This document shows positions 1 to 12,325 of a stretch of DNA of 63,532 bases, piece after piece. The position numbers and the translations under genes are program-made. Position 1 is the stretch's first letter. Each line of letters starts with the position of its first letter. A model generated the notes under the pieces. It made no database searches. It had not been told where the DNA came from and saw only the letters and a list, made by a program, of their open reading frames with translations. Source of the DNA: Octopus bimaculoides (Eukaryota); the NCBI RefSeq assembly GCF_001194135.2, contig NC_069007.1, forward strand, positions 11,373,550-11,437,081, read 5' to 3'.

Positions 1-137
1 AATAAGGGCAGGGAATCGTCAATTAATAATAGAATTGATAATTAACAATTTTGCCAAGTAGTTCAGTATGAAAAAACCTTTATCGGTAAAACCATTTATC
101 ATCATAAATATACAGGGATTAGCATTGAGTTGCTTCT

Positions 138-320
138 CCAACATACTGAAAATTTAGAAATAGCAGTCAAAGAACTACTGATTCTAAACTACAAATTTTT
201 CTCTAAATGGATGGCGATATTTATGGCACACATAGAACAAAAAACCGGAGGGGAAAGCATAAACAAAACAAGTCTTTAGTTAATCGGATACGAACGTTTC
301 ATGGTTAAGAGAATGAAAAA
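138..320. repeat. Dispersed repeat, copy 1 (near-identical copy at 30365-30545)
   Basis: caacatactgaaaatttagaaatagcagtcaaagaactactgattctaaac...catggttaag recurs 30 kb downstream in the same orientation with few substitutions. Family not identified. Confidence 0.85.
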
Positions 321-770
321 TCCTATTATATATATATATGCACACACATATCACCGTCATAAATTGCAGTGTTCATGTTGACATGGTATACAAAATCGAT
401 GTTCTGATTCTTAGCTCAAAATTCTCTGTTAACTTTACACCAACTGTACAGGTTGATCTCCTAACCATACAACTGGTGTTCTACTGATGTTACTTTTACT
501 GCCAGCTGTGTTTATGGCCTTTCTCACTAATGGCTCCAATCAGTGTACTCCATATTATAATAACCAGGTGTACACCTGTTTTAAAATGCCTGAATATGCC
601 ATGACTATTGATGACTGTAACATACACTCTATATTCTATAGTAAAACCCTGTAGTACCTCTCTAAAATCATCCCTACTGGTACCCTCTGTAATTCGTATT
701 AATGATGTAAATAAATTACTGCTGCTCCTACCTGTCCTGCAAGATCAATTATGAAACAGTTTATCTGATA

Positions 771-982
771 TTTTTCTACTCTAGGCATAAAGTACGAAAT
801 TTGGGGGGAGGGGGTCAGTCGATTAAATCGATCCCAGTATGCTACTGGTACTTAATCTGTTGACCCCAAAAGGATGAAAGGCAAAGTTGACCTCGTCAGA
901 ATTTGAACTGAACATAAAGACAGATGAAACACCGCTAAGCATTTCACCCGGTATGCTAACGTTTCTGCTAGCTCACCGCCTT
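771..982 (-). mobile_element. tRNA-derived SINE family A (tail 1)
   Basis: Minus strand reads aaggcggtgagctagcagaaacgttagc...cttagcggtg...ttcaaattctgacgaggtcaactttgcctttcatccttttggggtcaac..., matching the copies at 3810, 31381 and 42487. Confidence 0.9.
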
Positions 983-989
983 AGATATT

Positions 990-1129
990 CTTTTCTACTC
1001 TAGGCACAAGGCTTGAAATTTTGGGGGAGGGGGCCAGTTGATTAGATCGACCCCAGTATACAACTAGTACTTCATTTATTGACCCTAAGCATTTCGCCCA
1101 GTGTGCTAATGTTTCTGCCAGTTTGCCGC
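990..1129 (-). mobile_element. SINE family A, tandem second copy with internal deletion
   Basis: Same tail and head as 771-982, but jumps from gaccc directly to taagcatttcgcc, losing about 70 nt. Confidence 0.85.
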
Positions 1130-1199
1130 ATCGCTAATTTGTCTGATACTAATGCATTTAGGGTTAAGGTGTCATTGTCTTCAGTTTCTGGAAATGGTT

Positions 1200-1560
1200 T
1201 TCCTGGATGGTTCCACCAACCAAAAAACATAGATATGATACTACTTTCAGTCTAAAAAGCATTGCTTTAGTCTTCTTCTTGCCTTTAACCCTCCAAAGCG
1301 GAGTATAGGCCACTTATAATTGAATTCCATGTCACATAATTTCTCGCTTCTGTACTTATACTCTGCCATTAATGTCCTCCTTTCTCTAGTTCCTTTTGTG
1401 TTGATCTACACCCACGAGTTCTTAGGTCTACCCCTCTTTCTATATCCATCCGGACTCCACTGTAAAGCACTTTTCGCTACATTTGGTGTGTCCTTTTTGA
1501 TTGTGCTACCAATCCACTTCACATCTGTGTCAGCTGCAAGTTCAGGAGATCACTGTAGCT
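1200..1560 (-). pseudogene. RTE-type LINE ORF2 C-terminal remnant
   Basis: Minus translation TDVKWIGSTIKKDTPNVAKSALQWSPDGYRKRGRPKNSWV* fits the RTE C-terminal W-I-G-H...ALxW.P.GxRxRGRP..TW pattern. Confidence 0.75.
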
Positions 1561-1658
1561 TTAGTAAATCTCTTCAAATAACAGCAAGGAAGTTATGGAG
1601 TGAATGAAAATTTGCTTCAGGAAGAAAAGTTAAGTCTTCCTGAAGAAATTGTCAAACA

Positions 1659-1887
1659 TTAACCCTTTAGCATTTAATCTGGCTGTATCCAGCCCAAAAT
1701 ATTCAACTTGTTTTATGTTCAAATTGTCCAGATCTAGCCTCTCACACGAGCCCTACAATGTCATTCTAAAAATAAATAGCTACCTCATCAAAATATTAAA
1801 GCTACAAGATAATGCATGATTAATTCAAAACAATGTGAATAAATAAGCATTACTTTCAACAGGATGATGTCAATACTAAAAGTTTAA
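1659..1887. mobile_element. piggyBac-like MITE
   Basis: TIRs ttaaccctttagcatt / aatactaaaagtttaa (13/16 match) with TTAA ends. Confidence 0.65.
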
Positions 1888-3769
1888 GATGTGCTTCAAG
1901 AACTGGCATCTGTCACATGACTCAATTAGTAAATTACTTAGGCGTTTGCATTGATGAAACCCAATACAATCCTTGCAGAGTTTCTCAAACCAGCGTATAT
2001 CCTCAAGAGTGGACGCAGCAGGAGACTGGTGTTGCTGCTTTGTAGATTTGGGTTTGTGTTGACAAGATTTTGTTTGAAACTCTTGGTAGATTGAAGAAAC
2101 AGTGTGACTATCTTGTGGTAGATTGGTGATATATAAATGACACACTTTGCTTTGTTTGTTTTTGTAGTCTTAACAATGAATATGATATCAGGGGGGAAAA
2201 AGAAACTAACAAAATGTACAGATGATGAGAAGGTTAAGTTTGTCTGTTGATGGAATCGAATTGAAAACCAATGTTTATTATTTTTAAACATTAAACGTTT
2301 GGCAAATAGGAAATTCCTTTCAGGTATTTTTGTTTGTATGAGAAAGGTTGAATGAATGAAAAGTATGGAATAAAGTGTTGAGGGGTTTAAGAAAAGAACA
2401 GGTGTTTATTAAAATCCAGCTTTACAAATAATGTTAAGAAGCAGCAGGAATGTAACTCCACGGGGAATTAACGTCTCTGCTTCTTCCTTTTGACGAAATT
2501 CTAAATGTATTTTTGAAAGACAATAATTGTTTAGAGTGGTTGATGAAGAAAAGTTATTCATGAAAAATAGTGATGTGCATGCCTTGCTACTAGAAGTGTT
2601 GTATGCGATTTTGTGATAAATTTTGGGGGACAATGTTCATGAAGACACTTGGAAAATCATACAAAAAGAAGTATTGAATTTCTTAAATGAATAAAATGGA
2701 AAGGAATTGGGTGGGGACAGGAAAATGAAGAGAAGGTGGTGGGGCAGGGAAGATTTGAAACAAGTGGGGAAACTTCCAGTAGTTCACATCTACAAGCTGA
2801 TTTCTTTTTACGAAATGATAAAGAGTGTTTACAGCAAGATTTTGAAGGATTTAATAATTTAATCATATTTGTTTTGGGAAGTTTTGACTGGTGACTGTTG
2901 CTGCTGCCACCTACAGTTGCTTTTGGAGTAAAAGAGGGAGAGAGAGAGAGAGAGTTTACTGAGAGATAGAAGAGGGGGTGAAGATTCCCTTTAAGGGGAG
3001 AAAACCACTTTAGGGTTTATAAAATATTTTGTTTTTTAATTATTATGAGAGGCCTTTTTTTCTTATTCCTATGAGTGAGAGAGCATATTAAATAATATTT
3101 CCATATAATCCAATTTATTTATATTCTTTAGCTGTCCTAGCAGTTGTTCATAGCACCATTTCACCCTTATGAGCTCCTTGGTACACCACAACTTGAGATC
3201 ATTAAATTACTTAGTCTAACCTGTAGGAATTGTATATGATCAATTTTCTTCTCTTCAAATTCATTTTATTATCAATAAACTATAACTTTTAGGCATAATG
3301 AACCTTTTGGTTAAAATTGATAAAATATTTATGAGTTGAAGTTTTAAAACTACTGTATATTATATCAGATTTTAATTGATAATTTATCATCTGTAACGAT
3401 CAAACAGTATTCATTTGAAGAGATATACCAAAATGTACAAGAATAACATCAGCATGTCTGTAGTCTATACAGAAATGTAATGATTTATCTCTAAATTGGC
3501 ATTATTACCATAATATATGGAATTGGTCAGAGTTTCCTGAGGTCAGAACATTGATTTATATTGCCGTGATTTTCATGTTGTGCTATCATGAAATTGTGCA
3601 GAAGACATGCAAACTGTAATTGTCTGATTGGTCACAGTGGTTCTGGTCAGTAGCATTCCGGTCACTGTTTACAGTTGGTGTATCAGCTGGTTGAAACTGC
3701 TCATGGTTTTATGTTTATATATGTGTGTGTGTATGTACACACATGCATAATAATAATTATTATTTATAA

Positions 3770-3809
<40 letters not shown>

Positions 3810-3811
<2 letters not shown>

Positions 3812-4033
3812 GGCGGTGAAGGCGGCGAGCTGGCAGAATTGTGAGCACACTGGATGAAATACTTAGTGGTATTCCATCTGCTGCTACGTTCTGAGTTCAA
3901 ATTTCGCTGAGGTCGACTTTGCCTTTCATCCTTTTGGGGTTGATAAATTAAGTACCAGTTATGTACTGGGGCTGATCTAATCGACTGGACCCCTCCCCCC
4001 AAATTTCAGTCTTTGTGCTTGTAATAGAAAGGA
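3810..4033 (+). mobile_element. SINE family A (tail 1), flanked by (ATT)n
   Basis: Head ggcggcgagctggcagaa, B-box-like gagttcaaatt, central gtcgactttgcctttcatccttttggggttgataaattaagtacc. Confidence 0.9.
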
Positions 4034-4049
4034 TTATTATTATTATTAT

Positions 4050-4400
4050 TTTATTGTCTTTGCACAGCGTCTAACGCTTGAGATGTACTACAGTGCCAGC
4101 TGTTCACTATCAGTGAACTAAGGTAACACCCCTTATTTTTCAAACACCATCTAGAGTATTCGAGCGGTTCCAAGCAGTTCTGTTTTCTGCAAGTGCTCCA
4201 CCCTTATTGCAGCCCCTCTTTATTCCATGTACTTCTCAAGATTTCTACTCACTGTTCCCAGGGTTCCGACAATTACTTGTATTACTAATACCACCTTTTA
4301 CAGTGACCACAACTGCTTAACTACCCATTATTTTCATTATCGTCTTCTTTCAATTCTGTTTCCATATTTTGCCGACTGTCTTCCTGATACCTAGGGCAAA
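4050..4400 (-). pseudogene. RLE-clade LINE 3' end remnant (family 1)
   Basis: Minus translation (stops and a frameshift) KQLWSL*KVV...VIVGTLGTVSRNLEKYME*RGAAIRVEHLQKTELLGTARIL*MVFEK*, typical of the RLE C-terminal tail. The 3' UTR ends in (TAA)n. Confidence 0.8.
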
Positions 4401-4649
4401 GAGGTGCACTGTATCCATTGGTAGGCCATTAAAATAAACACACCAGACTGTCCATTTACAAAGTGATGGGATAGAGAAAAAGGGGGAAGAAAGACAGAGA
4501 GAAAAAATAAAAAATAAATGTAGAATAAAGAAGAAAAAACGGAAAGAAAATTCATAGCAACAATGCTCTTCTTAATATGTGTGATGTACCAGTTCAGACA
4601 ATCTTTTGCACTTGCTGTATTGATGGTTACTATTATTATTATTATTTTA

Positions 4650-5489
4650 TGTTTGATTTTTGCTTTGTATTTGTACAAGTTGGCTCCAAGTCTCACCCAG
4701 AGACCTCAAGAGACAACAAGTTAGAAGTTCATGTTGGTGTTATGCCTAGGGTGCCATATATTTGGCTTTGTACATAGTGTTGTTCTAGAGAATGTTTAAG
4801 AAACCATAAGAAAATTGTGTTTGTTTTAAAATTTGAGATTACATAGATAATATGTTATGTAAGATATGGACAGTTCCCATGAGCACTATCTTTTGAATTT
4901 CTGCCATTTTGGGGTTTCCTGGTATCTGAGCTAGGTAGCAATCAGCCCCTTTTGCTATCATTCCTAGGGCACCTATGACAACAGGTATTGTTTTAGTCTT
5001 CAGGTTCCACATTTTGCTAATTTCTATTTCAAGATCTTTATACTTGCTCAGTTTTTGGTAAGTCTTGACAGGTACATTTATATCGATTGGGACAGTCATA
5101 TCAATGAGGAGGCATGATTTTTGTCTGAAGTCTTTCAACATAATGTCTGGCCTATTTGCATTTATCTTTCTATCAGTTTGAATGGTGAAGTTCCAGAGGA
5201 GTGAGACGTGATCATTTTCAAGCACTGGAGGTGGTGTGTGTTCCCACCAGTTTTTATCATGGGGCAAGTCCAGGTTTTTGAAAACTACCCAGTGAATATA
5301 TTGTGCAGCTCTATCATGCCTGTTGAGATACTCTGTAGGTGCAAGAAGACTGCATATAGAGACAACATGATCAATGGTTTCATTTTGTTGTTGACATACA
5401 TGACATGTTGGGAAGTTGCTGTTCTTTAATATGTTGGCCTGGTAGTTCCTTGTAGGTAGGCATTGATCTTGGGCTGCTATGATAAACCC

Positions 5490-5490
<1 letters not shown>
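4650..5490 (-). mobile_element. 5'-truncated RLE-clade (R4/Dong/NeSL-like) non-LTR retrotransposon: CCHC zinc knuckle plus PD-(D/E)xK endonuclease
   Basis: Uninterrupted frame from about 5490 to 4839: GFIIAAQDQCLPTRNYQANILKNSNFPTCHVCQQQNETIDHVVSICSLLAPTEYLNRHDRAAQYIHW...NRPDIMLKDFRQKSCLLIDMTVP...KLSKYKDLEIEISKMW...IPVVIGALG. It extends ORF 4839..5267 by about 75 aa. 3' UTR 4838-4650; (TAA)n on both sides. Confidence 0.92.
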
Positions 5491-5541
<51 letters not shown>

Positions 5542-5976
5542 ATTATTATTACTATTATTATTATTATTATTAATATTATCTTTATGTCACAAGTAATCTA
5601 GATATTTCATAATTTCTTTGGTCTGTGAGTCATATGTTGAGGTTGATAAGAAAATTTTATCATAGATACCATTTCATTTCTGATACACACACACACACTG
5701 ATAGTTCACACTTTTGTTAAGTTTTATTGATTTTTCATTTTATTTTCGACCTCATCATATCACTTCTTCACATGTCTTTTTGAAGTGATTTTGTTTATTG
5801 TGTGTTGCTAAGTGTTGTGAAGCACTTTACTCTGTGTGTATGTGTGTATATTTGGATTCATGTATGAGTATGTGTGTGTATAGTTGTGCTTTGTCATAAC
5901 AAGCAATCGTGTGTGTGTGTGTGTGCCTTGTTTTTCATGTTGGCAAGTGAAGGTATGGTAACAGAGAGATAGGTAG

Positions 5977-6382
5977 TAGGGACGTGCCACCTGGGTAGGC
6001 AAGGCAGACAGTGCCTACCCTGAATGAAATAGATTGATAGTAACATTTTCCTTTTATGGCAAAATAAACACCTAATTCAATAAAATTATGAAGGTTACTC
6101 TGATTACTATGCACAAAATGCAAAATATTTTATTTTTTTGTAGATCAGGTAAGCATAATTCACCCCTGCTTTTCAGTCCCAGTATTAAAACTACGCATAG
6201 AACTGCTGTGGTGCACATGCTGCGTACATTCCTACAACAACATTTTTTTTACACGCTGTAAAGGCAGAAGTAATTCTGCCTTCAACTCAGTCGCATGCCT
6301 GTGTTTTGCTTATTTTTTTGTGTTTTACTACATAAACATCACCAGCTGCCTACCTTGAGTAATTACTGATAGCACTTGCCTG
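5977..6382. mobile_element. hAT-type MITE
   Basis: Identical 8-bp TSD ATAGGTAG at 5969-5976 and 6383-6390; degenerate TIRs TAGGGACGTGCCA / CAGGCAAGTGCTA (9/13). Confidence 0.75.
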
Positions 6383-7084
6383 ATAGGTAGAGAGGTAGAG
6401 CGAAAGAGAGAGAGAGAGACAGAGAAGATATAAAGAATTCCTGATTAAACAGAAAATGTGAAACAGAAACATTTTTCAANNNNNNNNNNGCACTTGCCTG
6501 ATAGGTAGAGAGGTAGAGCGAAAGAGAGAGAGAGAGACAGAGAAGATATAAAGAATTCCTGATTAAACAGAAAATGTGAAACAGAAACATTTTTCAAATA
6601 AAATTCAAAAAATCAATAAAGACTGAAAGAGAAATATGAAATATCAGTGGTACCATGAATAAGGAGGTACTAGGGGAGTACCTCCCTGCTTTATGAATTA
6701 GCAGTTTTTTATCTTTCTATCTTTCACGTGTTTCAGCCATTTGACTGCAGCCATTCTGGGGCATCACCTTGAAGAATTTTTAATCAAATGAATCAGCCCC
6801 ATTACTTTTTTTGATCTTAAATCATTAAGTGGTGTTTGTGTTGAAAGAACTCAGGATGAAATATTAATTGGGTGAGTGTTGGGGACAAAAGGACATCTGG
6901 CCATTGCAAATCTGCCTCAACAAATTCCATCTGACCCTTGTAAGTAGAGAAGAGTTTATACCTATATAGGTGTGATCTACCTGTCTCTCTACCTGTGTGT
7001 GTGTCTCTCTCTCTCTCATCAAATATAATGCAGATATTGGCCAACCTATTAGGCAATCTTTGCCATCCCCTCCGAGCCACTGTA

Positions 7085-8539
7085 TACATACAAACCTGTT
7101 CTCATACCCATGCATACACATATACATATGTTTACACACATACACATACATGCACACACACATACATGTGCACACATATATAAACACATATGCACATGTA
7201 CTTACATATACATACATATACATGTACAGACATATCTATGTTTGCACATATATGTACACACACACATTGACTTACATGTACACACATATACATACATGCA
7301 CACACACATATCCAGAGATGTGCACACATATAAATACACACACACATATGTACATGTACACAAATATACATATATGCACTCACACACACACACACATATA
7401 TATATATACATGCATGTGCACACATATACATTTATATATGGACATATACCTACATGTGCACACACATACATGTACAGATATATACCTACATATTTGCACA
7501 TACATGTATGCAAATACATACACGCACATATACACGCATATACACACATACATACATGCACATACACATACACACATATATATATATGCTTACNNNNNNN
7601 NNNNNNNNNNNNNNNNNNNNNNNNNNNNNNNNNNNNNNNNNNNNNNNNNNNNNNNNNNNNNNNNNNNNNNNNNNNNNNNNNNNNNNNNNNNNNNNNNNNN
7701 NNNNNNNNNNNNNNNNNNNNNNNNNNNNNNNNNNNNNNNNNNNNNNNNNNNNNNNNNNNNNNNNNNNNNNNNNNNNNNNNNNNNNNNNNNNNNNNNNNNN
7801 NNNNNNNNNNNNNNNNNNNNNNNNNNNNNNNNNNNNNNNNNNNNNNNNNNNNNNNNNNNNNNNNNNNNNNNNNNNNNNNNNNNNNNNNNNNNNNNNNNNN
7901 NNNNNNNNNNNNNNNNNNNNNNNNNNNNNNNNNNNNNNNNNNNNNNNNNNNNNNNNNNNNNNNNNNNNNNNNNNNNNNNNNNNNNNNNNNNNNNNNNNNN
8001 NNNNNNNNNNNNNNNNNNNNNNNNNNNNNNNNNNNNNNNNNNNNNNNNNNNNNNNNNNNNNNNNNNNNNNNNNNNNNNNNNNNNNNNNNNNNNNNNNNNN
8101 NNNNNNNNNNNNNNNNNNNNNNNNNNNNNNNNNNNNNNNNNNNNNNNNNNNNNNNNNNNNNNNNNNNNNNNNNNNNNNNNNNNNNNNNNNNNNNNNNNNN
8201 NNNNNNNNNNNNNNNNNNNNNNNNNNNNNNNNNNNNNNNNNNNNNNNNNNNNNNNNNNNNNNNNNNNNNNNNNNNNNNNNNNNNNNNNNNNNNNNNNNNN
8301 NNNNNNNNNNNNNNNNNNNNNNNNNNNNNNNNNNNNNNNNNNNNNNNNNNNNNNNNNNNNNNNNNNNNNNNNNNNNNNNNNNNNNNNNNNNNNNNNNNNN
8401 NNNNNNNNNNNNNNNNNNNNNNNNNNNNNNNNNNNNNNNNNNNNNNNNNNNNNNNNNNNNNNNNNNNNNNNNNNNNNNNNNNNNNNNNNNNNNNNNNNNN
8501 NNNNNNNNNNNNNNNNNNNNNNNNNNNNNNNNTATATAT

Positions 8540-8573
<34 letters not shown>

Positions 8574-9167
8574 TCTTGTTTAGAGGAAGATAGAGCCGGG
8601 AAGAGTGAATTGGGTGATATGTTCAGACCTCAAAGAAAACTAGAGCCGTCATGTGTTTTGTCATCATCATCATCGTCGTTGTCGTCGCCACCACTGTCAT
8701 CATAGCTACCACCATCGCCAACGTCACCGCCAACACCATTATTACTGTAGCCATCATCATCATCATCATTGCAAGCATCTTCGTGTTTGTAAGTGTAGAC
8801 CTATAAACACAGAAAAATGTCACTCTGTGGAAGAGATCAAATAATTGATAGGATATTTTAGTAGAACAAATATCACTTTTTCTCTAAATATAAATAGTTC
8901 CGTGTGTGTGTGTGTGTGTGTGTAAATATGTATGTATCTATGTCTAAGTATTTATCACTCACACATGTATGCATATTTGTTTGTGTAAGGGTATTTATAT
9001 CTTTGCAGGTATTGTGTATATTGTGTATTGTATATAGACATATGTATATATCTATATATTTGTATGTCTGTATATATAAATATATTTATATGCATACATA
9101 TATGTATATGTAAGTATATCTATATGCATGTATATATGTATATGTAAGTATATATATGTGTGTGTAA

Positions 9168-9228
<61 letters not shown>

Positions 9229-9670
9229 AGTATATACTTATATATATGTCAGTACATATATTTACTTATATACTTATATGTATTCATTTATATATATGTA
9301 AATGTGTATATATATATATATATATGTATGTGTATATATATAAATATACACACTATCTATATAGTGTATCATTGTATGTATATGTGTGTGTGTGTATGTG
9401 TGTATATATATATACATATATATAAGTGTGTGTGTGCATGCACACATAATTAAATGTTGTGAATGTATGCCTGTATAACTCGACATCTCACATATAAGTA
9501 AATGTATGTAAATGTGTGTGAATATATTTATAAATTATACATATATACATCCACATATAAATGTACGGAAATGTAAATATTTGAACATGTGTATGCATTG
9601 CATGCATGTGTGTGTGTGCATGCACGCATGCGTTTTTGTGTGTGTGTGTGTGTGTGTGTGTGCATGCATG
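7085..9670. repeat. Compound (CA)/(TA)/(TG) microsatellite field around gap 7594-8531
   Basis: Directly visible; produces the H/T/Y/I and C/V/Y-rich pseudo-ORFs. Confidence 0.95.
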
Positions 9671-10944
9671 TCAAGTGTAGCTGCAATAGCTAATGTGGTG
9701 AGCTGCAAATAATATTTTTCATCAGAAGAAAATGAATCACTGATGAGGCAATTTAAAATAATGACATTGGTAACTATATCAAGGGTGTATTTTGCATGGA
9801 GACTGAATGGTTAGGTTATAGTTTCTCTTGATTAAAAATTATCTTCCATTTATCACATTATGATAACTTGCTCTTAACTATAAATTCTTCATGCAGATAG
9901 CACCTTTGAGAAAGTTTGCAGTGTTGTTATTTTAATTTGTTGACTCAATTAATTATTTTTGTACCAAAGCTATATAATTTTTCAATGGAGAAGGCCATTT
10001 CTCGGTTCTGCTTTTCTAAGGAAAAATATTTAATTTCAATAGTTTTCATTGGAATATTGTTCTTCTATGTGTTCTTTCTCCATTTAAGACTTGGCATCAG
10101 TAGATTGCCCAACCCACATCTGCCGTGCAGTTTTTGAGGGAAGGTCACAATTCTGTGGTTAGAATTTGAGTTGCAATATAAGATGGTTACACATTCATTG
10201 TTTCTTTTTGTTTGTAAGAGAAACAAATAGCTCATTGGCAATCTATTTCTTTCATTAGAAAAATAAATGAAGTCCCCCGAGTAATTATTATTTATTTATT
10301 TAATTCAGTTGTTTTTCCTCATTTCAAATCTGAAGTCTGTAAATACTTAGACAGAAGATGCTATTTCAGTTGTCGTTAAATCGTTTCAGCACTAAGTAAT
10401 TAAGGGTTTATTAATTATATTATATACATTTAAAGTAAAAACATTTCGGAAGTGGGTGAGAGAGAGCGATAGAGACTTACAAGTTGATAGGAGTCTACAG
10501 AGAATATTTTGTGGAAGTCTTTAACCAAGAGAAAGTCATTTTAGTTCTTAATTCTTTTGTTGTGGAGAAAAATAGGTAAATTTAAATCAATTTACTGATA
10601 TAGAGGTTTGTTGAAACATTTCCAATTTATTTTCTCTGCTGGAGTAATCATATTTATTTTGCAGTCTCTCTCGATTACCATGTTGTAAGATGAACATATG
10701 TAATTCTCACCACTTAGCATGGTGCCAGTGAGACCAAAACATGCCTGTAGTTGTCACATGTGTTACCAAATCTGATATTCACAGCATATGTTCTTTCAAT
10801 ATCTCCATTTAATCTTTGGTCAGAGTTCTCTCCATTGCCTCTTCAATACTTAAATGATCTCTCCTCATTCCAATTATAATTTAAATTTATTAAACATTTA
10901 TTGTCTCTTCACCATGTTAAGTCAAATCGCCTTCACTTAGCTGT

Positions 10945-11310
10945 ATGTTGTTCATGCAGAGGGTAAAGAGTAAAGACCCTTCTTCAGTCATGAATGACTA
11001 TGAGATTGCACCTAGAAAGTTCCCCTCTGAGGCACAAATCCAGACAACATTGTTTATGGAAAATCAACCATCGCCCATACATACCAGCCTCCACTCTCTA
11101 CACCACCAATGTTATCCTAGGGAAAAGGCAAAGGCCAGTACAGCTTGGCACCAGTGACATTGCAACTCATTTCTACAGATGAGTGAAATGAAGCAATGTG
11201 AAATAAAGTGTCTTGCTCAAGAACACAACACACAGCCTGGTCCAGGAATTGAACACACAACCTCATGATTGTGAACCCGACTCTCTAACTACTGAGTCAT
11301 GTGCCTCCAC
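10945..11310 (-). mobile_element. tRNA-derived SINE family B (tail 2), copy 1
   Basis: Minus head gtggaggcacatgactcagtagttagag...ttcaattcctggacc...ttcttgagcaagacactttatttcacattgc; tail shared with 11325-11632. Confidence 0.85.
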
Positions 11311-11324
11311 ACACATACACACAC

Positions 11325-11632
11325 ATGACCATGGGATTGCACCTAAAAAGTTCCTCTCTGAGGCACAAATCTGGGTAAGGTTGTTTATGGAAGACCAGCA
11401 GTCACCCATGCATACCAGCCTCCCTTCTCCTTGCCACTGATGTTGTCCAAGGGAAAGGCAAAGACCGATACAGCTTGGCACCTGTGATGTCACAACTCAT
11501 TTCTACAGCTGAGTGAACTGGAGCAGTGTGAAATAAAGTGTCTTGCTCAAGAACTCAACACACAGCCTGGTCCAGGAATTGAACTCCCTTCTTCATGATT
11601 ATGAGCCTCACGCTGTAACCACTGAGCCAGCA
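11325..11632 (-). mobile_element. SINE family B (tail 2), tandem copy 2
   Basis: Direct repeat of 10945-11310 with substantial divergence. Confidence 0.85.
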
Positions 11633-11689
11633 TACAAAAGCGACAACAGTGTTTGTGCAGCTTTGTATTGCATATAAATGATGAATTTT

Positions 11690-11860
11690 GGGTAAGGAAG
11701 TACCAGAAGATCCATGTGGAAGGAAACAGTGAAAAAGGAAGACATGGGTAGAAGAGGTGAAAGTTTGAGTCAGGATCATGAACCTCACAAACGAGATTAT
11801 AAAGGATCACAACATTTGGTAGGGGTGGTGTGTTGGAAAGAACACATCTAACCCATGAAT
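11690..11860 (+). pseudogene. RTE LINE 3' terminal remnant
   Basis: GRKQ*KRKTWVEEVKV*VRIMNLTNEIIKDHNIW resembles the RTE end GRPxKTWxExVxxD...L...MTxDRxxW. Confidence 0.5.
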
Positions 11861-12029
11861 ACATGTGAAAATGATGGTGATAGTGATGATAATGATAATG
11901 GTGGTGGTGGTGGTGGTAGTGGTAATGTTGATGATGGTCATCGTGACTATAGCATCTACTGCATATGATCTGCTGGGATTCCTGGTAGCCTTGTGCCTCC
12001 ATATTTTACATTTGATACACAGCAGAGAA

Positions 12030-12325
12030 GACCAACTTAATGTTTTCCCCACATATTGAGCCTCACTATTTCCCAGATGACACCAGAGTCTTGTCTTTCT
12101 TTCTTACAAACTAAAACTTTTGTTTTTGCATCATTTGCTTTAAGGCATTGCAATTCTATGTTTTGCTTCCAAATTTGGAATTTCTTCTCTGATTCTTCAA
12201 CTCATTTACCTTCAAGAACTATGTCATCTATATACAGGTGTTCCCATGGCAAGTCATTCTTAAAGTCCCCTGTAAAACAAAAATAATGATAATGGGCCTA
12301 AAGCTGAGCCCTGATGGATACCTAC
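12030..12325 (-). pseudogene. RTE reverse transcriptase fragment
   Basis: VGIHQGSALGPL...LPWEHLYIDDIVL...FQIWKQNIELQCLKANDAKTKVL covers the RT QG and YADD motif region. Confidence 0.8.

Noticed and set aside
6372-6597. Exact direct duplication of about 108 bp
   Set aside because: Identical copies flank a run of about 10 N; typical unmerged contig overlap.
6997-8705. Long ORFs of 518 and 531 aa, and all similar X-containing ORFs
   Set aside because: Translations of (CA)/(TA) microsatellites read through N gaps.
10665-10684. 20-nt segment between ttttgcag and gtaaga
   Set aside because: Not frame-preserving, weak exonic donor positions; expected by chance in AT-rich DNA.
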